A stretch of 64,000 nucleotides of DNA from Desulfobacterales bacterium (GTDB lineage: Bacteria; Desulfobacterota; Desulfobacteria; Desulfobacterales; JAHEIW01), in the NCBI GenBank assembly GCA_050122475.1, contig JASFIV010000001.1, positions 30,637-94,636 of the forward strand, read 5' to 3'. The position numbers and the translations under genes were made by a program. The notes under the pieces are model-generated. The model was not told the origin of the DNA. It made no database searches and saw only the letters and a program-made list of their open reading frames with translations. Below, piece by piece: positions 55,601 to 61,299 of the stretch (position 1 is its first letter; each line of letters starts with the position of its first letter).

Positions 55601-56455
55601 TTTCAGCTCTTTATTTGCGCGCCGCCAATACATATACGGTATTGCGGCTTCAACATCCGCCTGAAGGTTATCAGGACCATCTGTATTCAGGTTCAATATC
55701 ATGTTTGCCCGGGCATTGGTCATTTTCAGGCTGGATTCCGGAAATAGGTATTCAACCACGGCATGCGGCCGCAACTGATTCAATGTAATCTGGCTGTTAA
55801 GCTTTAAGCCCGGTTCTGTGTATTGGCCCTTGATGCTAATATTCTCCCAGAAGTTCGACTGGCACTGGGCGGAAAACTCAATGGCTGCACCTTTATGTCT
55901 TATCTGGCTGGTGACGCCCTGAAGCGCTAAAACACGTTGCGCGCCTTGGTAGAAATGGATTCGGCCGTTACGAATATTTATCGCAATACGGGGAATTTTG
56001 AATTGCGGTATAGATTGAAGGGTCGATTTTAGCCAGTCGCCTGGGGTGTCTAAGGTAAATGGCTTGCGAGGAATTGATTCGGTTTTAGATGCTTCCCGAA
56101 CTTGAACCTTGATTTTCGGAGATCGTGCACGGGCAACTCGAATTTCAAGATCACCGGCAAATAGCGGCAGGATTTTCGGATAGATTCTAAGTGAATCCAC
56201 CGTGCCTTGAATATTGTCGGGTAAGGTGAAGCTGACATCGGATATAACAACGTGCGGGCGGGGGAAAAACGCCATATCGAGTCGTTGGTATTCGATTTTG
56301 CCCCCCAGATCCTCTGCATATATGCGTTTGATTTCCGTTTTGACGGTTTCAAGGTTAATCAACTTGGGGGTAGCGATTAGCAGAATGATCAGCAAGCACA
56401 ATAAAATTGTCCCAATGCTGATGAGCGTAAACCATATTTTGCGGTGTTTGGGCAT
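52661..56455 (-). CDS. AsmA-like/YhdP-like giant envelope protein
   Basis: 1264 aa with a single N-terminal TM helix (IWFTLISIGTILLCLLIILLIA). The rest is long, beta-rich and low in Cys. The call rests on architecture only. Confidence 0.6.
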   Translation of the reverse strand: MPKHRKIWFTLISIGTILLCLLIILLIATPKLINLETVKTEIKRIYAEDLGGKIEYQRLDMAFFPRPHVVISDVSFTLPDNIQGTVDSLRIYPKILPLFAGDLEIRVARARSPKIKVQVREASKTESIPRKPFTLDTPGDWLKSTLQSIPQFKIPRIAINIRNGRIHFYQGAQRVLALQGVTSQIRHKGAAIEFSAQCQSNFWENISIKGQYTEPGLKLNSQITLNQLRPHAVVEYLFPESSLKMTNARANMILNLNTDGPDNLQADVEAAIPYMYWRRANKELKINDTRLQANLRFDGNSLSLNLSQLDLTDPAISLAGKLNIDPRQSSIDMEVEGQRIKVATAQKIALALTEDSETVSDIFNILRDGDFQRITLKTQASDWAQLIDEKQIVIQGKLVGGKISVPVGSLELENVQGDAMIANGILTGENAEAQMGNTFAKKGKLSIPLTKDTAPFHVEALVQADLAQLPSVLANLVKDKQFQKELKRFKKFEGNALGMLIIGEDLQDVNVKVMASDFSVNAVYQRIPYPVMVKGGSFVLDGDQIELTNSDARIGKSSLSGLSTRFGWEKSSFLEVSLTSSHIDLAQMQAWLVQYQALERHLRQIETIDGGVSLQNVNLAGPLLEPTRWQVISTGAIQNVSLSSPQLPGRLTIAQGRFSCDKNQLKVIKMNTQVGQSLFAGLSAKIKWGKAASVTASTGESVINLDEVYTWLKSHNSLKQTVKDVPVLKGTLAFTNLKFEGPIGSKSKHKMNLSGAIKKWHIRSATFPTDIELNGGDVLWRHMRIDLQETDARFGTSTIGGLTLGKQWGKIPLFEIKADSAGIQIAELYPWLVSFETLAKMFKGYKATQGQLMLTDLAFKGPVGASKAWQFRIDGDIKAMDLVSDSFKEPFLIKTAHFIAKDAPAAAGVSGRIDLSDVHIGWEDSQINIQGGASFSEDALSLEMQLKADRLKWEQIDQIASTEKATATEEKMKLQGGLLVELENFTYESFTWRPVHADITFEKDITRIVVRKADLCGIQFPGIFKVSGDTFELYFNPDAKEGDLDSSLACLFEKQHLMAGSFNLSGELLAKARPSAFPKSLTGDLTFNSNDGRIYRFGMLAKIFALLNVTEIYRGEVPDLKGKGFAYNSMIANGVFEDGKLIISDTSIDSPSMGIAIEGDIDLTENKVDLIVLVAPFKTVDRIVKIIPLVGNILGGNLISIPFRAVGDLGDPDVIPLSPTAVGSGLLGILERTLKLPITIIQPVLPGSKDKPAAEEKRSPRPSP

Positions 56456-56537
56456 TATGGTCTTTCCAAATTTGATTACTTTGCAACCCGAGTATTATCG
56501 TTGAGGTCTGTAATTGCCTGTACACCTAAGACCCAGT

Positions 56538-56664
56538 GAATTGGAATACTGGAATGTTGGAATATTGGAACCGGTGTAATGATCAATGCGCGTTTATAGC
56601 GGGCCTGATCAGGTTTAAACTCATGGGATCATCAGTTCAGCTTACCCATTATTCCATTATTCCA
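56538..56664. repeat. Word-repeat hairpin, GGAATATTGGAAT family, copy 2
   Basis: gaattggaatactggaatgttggaatattggaa pairs with cccattattccattattcca. Confidence 0.8.
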
Positions 56665-56907
56665 TATGGCGTATTGCATTAGTTTACCATATTTTGACGC
56701 GACTGCGGCCTTTAATGTCGACGGGGACATGCAATGCAGGGCTGCATATCATGTTTTAAAATAGAAGGCAAAATATCATAACGGCCATTGAATTCTGATT
56801 GCTGTTGAGAAATAAAAATTAAATGAATATTATCAAATATTTATTGGCCTTGACAACGGTTGTTGCCATCACTAACTTCATTTTTATTGCCACATGGAGG
56901 TGGTACC

Positions 56908-58440
56908 ATGTCTAAAGCGAAACAAAAATTTGATGCCGCCATGGTGCAGTTTGTCGGTCAAAATTACCATAAAAGCATTGATCTTTTCAGCGAAGCCATC
57001 GCCTCTGATCCGGAATTTCAACTGGCATTTAAGAGCAGAGGAGCGGCCCATCTTCGACTGGGCCGTATCCAGGACGCGCTTGCTGATTTTAATCGCGTGC
57101 TTGAATTGGACCCCAACAGCACCCGGGCTCTTCATCTGCGCGGCTTAGCTCACGAAAAAGCCGGTGATTATGCCAAAGCGATCGCCGATTTGAGCAAAGC
57201 CATTGAAATTAACCCTCAATACGGCGCGGCCTACTACAGCCGGGCCAACCTGTATTCAAAGACCGGCAAGACAGCTCAAGCAGCTGAAGATATAGAAATG
57301 GTAACACATAGGTATTGCAGAAATAGCCCAAAAATTATACAAACCGGTTTGATCGTAAACAAGAAGAAAAAGGTATGGGTTTTAAGCGCCAATTCAGGGA
57401 GCCATAAATTCGTGAAAGCAATGGTGTTAAACCGGCTGACCACTATCGCTGAAAATAAAGAACCCCTTGCGCTTGTGGATATGCCGGAGCCGGTTCCTGA
57501 AGATAACGAAATTTTGATAAAGGTGTCCACCTGCGGCGTGTGCCACACCGAGCTGGACGAAATCGAAGGTCGCACACCCCCATTGAAATTGCCGGTGGTG
57601 CCGGGTCATCAAATTGTCGGCCGGGTGGCGGCTGGTGGAGACGGCGTTAAAAAGTTCGGTGTGGGTGACCGCGTTGGTGTTGCCTGGATCCATCATGCCT
57701 GCGGTCGGTGTTATTTATGCACGAGGGGCGCTGAAAACTTATGTGCGTCATTTAAGGCCACCGGCAGAGATGTCCATGGTGGTTACGCTGAATATATGAC
57801 CGTAGATGAAAATTTCGCCTATCCCATCCCTGAGGTGTTTACCGATCTACAAGCGGCACCCCTTTTATGTGCCGGTGCCATCGGCTATCGGTCCATGCAG
57901 CTCAGTGGGATCAAGGAAGAGCAGAACCTGGGGTTGACCGGATTCGGCGCATCGGCTCATCTGGTGTTGAAAATGGTGCATCACAAATGGCCGAATACGA
58001 AGATATTCGTTTTTGCCAGAAGCAAACAAGAACGAGAGTTTGCACGCCAGTTAGGCGCAGTTTGGGCAGGCGATACAGCTGTCCAACCTCCCGAAATGCT
58101 CGATGCAATCATTGATACCACGCCGGCCTGGAAACCGATCGTCAAAGCCTTGAAATGTCTGAAGCCGGGTGGACGGTTGATCATCAATGCCATTCGAAAA
58201 GAAGAAAGCGATAAAAAAGCATTGTTAAAACTGGATTATGCCGAGCATCTCTGGCAGGAAAAGGAAATCAAAAGTGTGGCCAACGTGGCCCGCGCCGATG
58301 TCAGTGAGTTTCTGTCGCTGGCCGCTGACATTCCGATTAAACCGGAGGTACAGGAATTTAAGCTGCAGGATGCCAATCGCGCTCTGGTCGAATTGAAACA
58401 ACGCAACATCAGGGGAGCCAAGGTACTCAAAATAAATTAA
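56908..58440 (+). CDS. Single ORF encoding an N-terminal TPR module (~130 aa) and a zinc-dependent alcohol dehydrogenase-family domain
   Basis: GGAGG lies 7 nt upstream of ATG 56908. TPR repeats are present (AFKSRGAAHLRLGRIQDALADF, ALHLRGLAHEKAGDYAKAIADL, AYYSRANLYSKTG). The ADH part has CGVCHTELDEIEG and CGRCYLCTRGAENLC. No stop codon separates the two parts. A possible internal start (GTG/ATG at about 57412-57421) follows AGGGAG. Confidence 0.7.
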   Translation: MSKAKQKFDAAMVQFVGQNYHKSIDLFSEAIASDPEFQLAFKSRGAAHLRLGRIQDALADFNRVLELDPNSTRALHLRGLAHEKAGDYAKAIADLSKAIEINPQYGAAYYSRANLYSKTGKTAQAAEDIEMVTHRYCRNSPKIIQTGLIVNKKKKVWVLSANSGSHKFVKAMVLNRLTTIAENKEPLALVDMPEPVPEDNEILIKVSTCGVCHTELDEIEGRTPPLKLPVVPGHQIVGRVAAGGDGVKKFGVGDRVGVAWIHHACGRCYLCTRGAENLCASFKATGRDVHGGYAEYMTVDENFAYPIPEVFTDLQAAPLLCAGAIGYRSMQLSGIKEEQNLGLTGFGASAHLVLKMVHHKWPNTKIFVFARSKQEREFARQLGAVWAGDTAVQPPEMLDAIIDTTPAWKPIVKALKCLKPGGRLIINAIRKEESDKKALLKLDYAEHLWQEKEIKSVANVARADVSEFLSLAADIPIKPEVQEFKLQDANRALVELKQRNIRGAKVLKIN

Positions 58441-58605
58441 CGCGGTTATCTGAGATACTCCAGTTGAATACGGCTGATATATATCTCACCACGAAGAACA
58501 CGAAGATCACAAAGGGAACACACATCATTTTAATTTTGTCCTTTCGTGTCCTTCGTGCCCTTCGTGGCTATGTTTGCCTTATTTGAGCTTTATGAATGAC
58601 CGTAT
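58441..58605. repeat. ~170-bp element with internal CACGAAG-word hairpin, copy B (inverted partner of 28645-28822)
   Basis: See copy A. It begins immediately after the ADH stop codon. Confidence 0.85.
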
Positions 58606-58741
58606 AAATTAAATCCTGTTTTGGGTCTGCATATCGAGCACTGAAGTTCAAATGCCGCACAAAAGATAATTTAACAAATAAATCTCGGGCCACCCAATAA
58701 ACAGGCCGTTATGGATAATCTTGGAAAAGGAGGAAGCCAGT

Positions 58742-59254
58742 ATGTACAATAAAACGGTTATGGACCACTTCCGCAATCCACGCAATGTCGGTGTCATTGA
58801 TGACGCCGACGGAGTCGGTGAAGTCGGCAATCCGCTTTGCGGTGATATGATGACCATTTATTTAAAGATCAGGGATGATCAAATTGCTGACATAAAATTT
58901 CAAACTTTTGGCTGCGGTTCTGCCATTGCGGTATCCAGCATGATCACCGAAATCGCCAAGGGCAAAAGCCTGGCGGAAGCCAAGAAACTGACCAATAAGG
59001 ATGTTGCAGCGGCGTTGGAGGGCCTGCCGAAAAACAAGCTGCACTGCTCAAACCTGGGGGCTGATGCGTTGCAGCTGGCCATCCAGGATTATGAGGATAG
59101 ACTGGCCGGTGTGAAGCGGCCGCAACCGATCCGCAAAGAAAAACATGAACATTCGCATGGGAAAAAATGTTATTGCCCCTACTGTGATATCGAAATTCTA
59201 CCAGACACCACATTTTGTGATGCCTGTCAATCCAGTTTGGAAGAAGAACATTAA
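58742..59254 (+). CDS. iscU: IscU/NifU-type Fe-S scaffold with C-terminal zinc-ribbon-like extension
   Basis: Scaffold ligands are present: NPLCGDMM, FGCGSAIA and LHCSNLG. The extra ~45-aa tail carries CYCPYC..CDAC. Confidence 0.85.
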   Translation: MYNKTVMDHFRNPRNVGVIDDADGVGEVGNPLCGDMMTIYLKIRDDQIADIKFQTFGCGSAIAVSSMITEIAKGKSLAEAKKLTNKDVAAALEGLPKNKLHCSNLGADALQLAIQDYEDRLAGVKRPQPIRKEKHEHSHGKKCYCPYCDIEILPDTTFCDACQSSLEEEH

Positions 59255-59283
59255 ATCTGAAGGCATCAGTAAGGTAGGCGATT

Positions 59284-60459
59284 ATGAACGTTATCAATCT
59301 GGACCACATATCGGCAAAGCCCTTATTACCCGAAGTCAAAAAAGTGATGATCGAAGCCATCGAAAAAGATTATCACAACCCGGCCAGCCAGCATAAATCC
59401 GGTGAAGAAGCCGCGGCTGTGCTGCAGAATGCGCGCGAAGCTGTGGCCCGGTTACTGAATTGCAAGGCCCCCAAGGAAATTGTGTTTACATCCGGTGGAA
59501 CCGAGTCGGTCAACCATGCCATCAAAGGCGTGGCCATGGCAAACGAAGACAGGGGCAAGCACATCATTACATCCAATATCGAACACAATGCCGTCATCCG
59601 GAGTTTGCGCCGTCTCAAGTCCGCCGGGTTTAACGTCACCTCGCTTCCGGTTGATTCCAGCGGGCGCGTCAAGCCCCAGGATGTGGCCGATGCCATTACC
59701 AAAGAAACGATTCTGGTGTCCGTCATGCACAGCAATAACGAAACCGGTACCCTGCAACCGATTGAAGAAATCGGAAAGATAACGCGTGAAAAAAGGGTGA
59801 TCTTTCATTCCGATGCGGTGGATTCGGTGGGTGTGCTTCCGATGGATGTTCAAAAGTTAGGGGTGGATTTGCTCAGTTTTGCCGCCAATACTTTTTACGG
59901 CCCTACTGGTGTCGGCGGTCTTTACATTCGCCGTGGCACGCGTATATTTCCGCTCCTGGATGGCGGTGTTCAGGAGAATAATAAGCGCGCCGGTGCAGAG
60001 AATCTTGTGGGTATCATCGGGACCGGCAAAGCAGCAGAGCTTGCTCTGCGGGACATGGATAAGCGCTTAGCGCATCTACAAACGCTAAAGACCAGGCTCA
60101 TAACGGATTTACCCAATTACATCGATGAATACATCGTCAATACCCATCCGGAATACAGTTTGCCCAATTTGGTGTCGATTTCAGTTCAATATATTGAAGG
60201 GGAAAGTGTGATGCTGATGCTCGATGATGAAAATATTGCTGTATCGACGCGTTCAGCCTGTGCAACCGGCTCCTTGCGTGCCTCGCATGTCCTGCTGTCC
60301 TTGGGCCTCAGTCATGCCGATGCCCAGGGAACGCTGGTAATTTCCTTTGGGATCGATAACACAGAAGCGGATATGGATAGGTTTTTAAAGGCACTCAAAG
60401 AAGTGGTCACGACCCTGCGCGAAATTTCTCCGCTGTATCAAAAGGCGTCCAAATCCTAA
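59284..60459 (+). CDS. IscS/NifS-family (class V aminotransferase fold) protein lacking the PLP-binding lysine
   Basis: TSGGTESVN, HSNNETG, FHSDAVDSVG and the persulfide loop RSACATGS are conserved. The expected S-x-[HQR]-K segment reads SFAANTFYGPTG, so Thr replaces Lys. Confidence 0.8.
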   Translation: MNVINLDHISAKPLLPEVKKVMIEAIEKDYHNPASQHKSGEEAAAVLQNAREAVARLLNCKAPKEIVFTSGGTESVNHAIKGVAMANEDRGKHIITSNIEHNAVIRSLRRLKSAGFNVTSLPVDSSGRVKPQDVADAITKETILVSVMHSNNETGTLQPIEEIGKITREKRVIFHSDAVDSVGVLPMDVQKLGVDLLSFAANTFYGPTGVGGLYIRRGTRIFPLLDGGVQENNKRAGAENLVGIIGTGKAAELALRDMDKRLAHLQTLKTRLITDLPNYIDEYIVNTHPEYSLPNLVSISVQYIEGESVMLMLDDENIAVSTRSACATGSLRASHVLLSLGLSHADAQGTLVISFGIDNTEADMDRFLKALKEVVTTLREISPLYQKASKS

Positions 60460-60566
60460 ACAAAAGCTATCTCAAAAATGCATCTTACGCCCATGGGCTG
60501 CGTTTCCCCGATAAATCGGGATCACACATCTATTCGTATAGGTCATAAATAGTGAAGACCTAAGAA

Positions 60567-61025
60567 TTACGCCGCGCCTATCATCAGGCTTTCAAAATAG
60601 GTATCGATAATCTGCTGATAACTGCTAAATTTGCTTTTGAGGAGCGCCTTAAACTGCCGGTAACCGGGCTCAGCTAGCAAATGATCGATTTCATGCGCCT
60701 TTTTGCCAAGCTGCCGGCAGTACTTATCGGTTACGGTCTGGGGTGCGGTGCCTCTGTTTTCTGCCACCCGGTTGGTTGCTTCAGTCCGTGAATAACCATT
60801 GATTTCTATTTCATAGATAACTTCCAGGATCTGCGATAGGGATTTGGGGGTACCCTCGACGGTTATTGAGGGTATAGCGGGCGCGCCATCTTTTTCAGCG
60901 GGTTGGGTGCTAGTGCCGAGCAACAAGCGGCGTAGGACTGAATTGGGTGTATCAATAAAGGGCTCGGCATGTTTTTGTAAATAATACCAGATGTTTTTAT
61001 CAATTTCAATCTGAAACATTTTCAT
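60567..61025 (-). CDS. Small hypothetical protein with SeqA-N-terminal-like (ribbon-helix-helix-type) start
   Basis: The N-terminus MKMFQIEIDKNIWYYLQKHAEPFIDTPNSVLRRLLLG parallels E. coli SeqA [35 protein letters not shown] (from memory). GAGGT lies 7 nt upstream of the ATG. Confidence 0.55.
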   Translation of the reverse strand: MKMFQIEIDKNIWYYLQKHAEPFIDTPNSVLRRLLLGTSTQPAEKDGAPAIPSITVEGTPKSLSQILEVIYEIEINGYSRTEATNRVAENRGTAPQTVTDKYCRQLGKKAHEIDHLLAEPGYRQFKALLKSKFSSYQQIIDTYFESLMIGAA

Positions 61026-61040
61026 CGTCCTACCTCTTTA

Positions 61041-61205
61041 TCTAGTGTTATTATTTAATTACACGCAATATTCAGCCGCATGTCAAGTGGAATCTATTGT
61101 TAGGTGCTGCAAACACTAGTATCCAAAGCCGGCCTGATGTGAACTTCATGGGCTCCTCATATTTATTCAACGAAAACAAGAAAATATGCTAGATAATCTA
61201 GTGTT
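61041..61205. promoter_or_regulatory. Repeated CTAGTGTT / AACACTAG motifs plus palindrome CTAGAT-A-ATCTAG upstream of the 152-aa gene (candidate operator set)
   Basis: tctagtgtt occurs at 61041-61049 and again at 61197-61205. aacactag is at 61112-61119. ctagataatctag is at 61188-61200. Confidence 0.25.
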
Positions 61206-61299
61206 TGGCAAGATCGATGCTGGGATAGTGTGCTTATAAAGCAAATATCACGATGGGTATATTATTTGGAGGTGGCCACTTGTACGGTCTTGTCCGTTT

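Noticed and set aside
445-58605. CRISPR-array interpretation of the tandem short words.
   Set aside because: The words are only 6-10 nt and directly abutting, with no 25-40 nt spacers. Each set is mirrored by its complement to form a hairpin. No cas genes are present.
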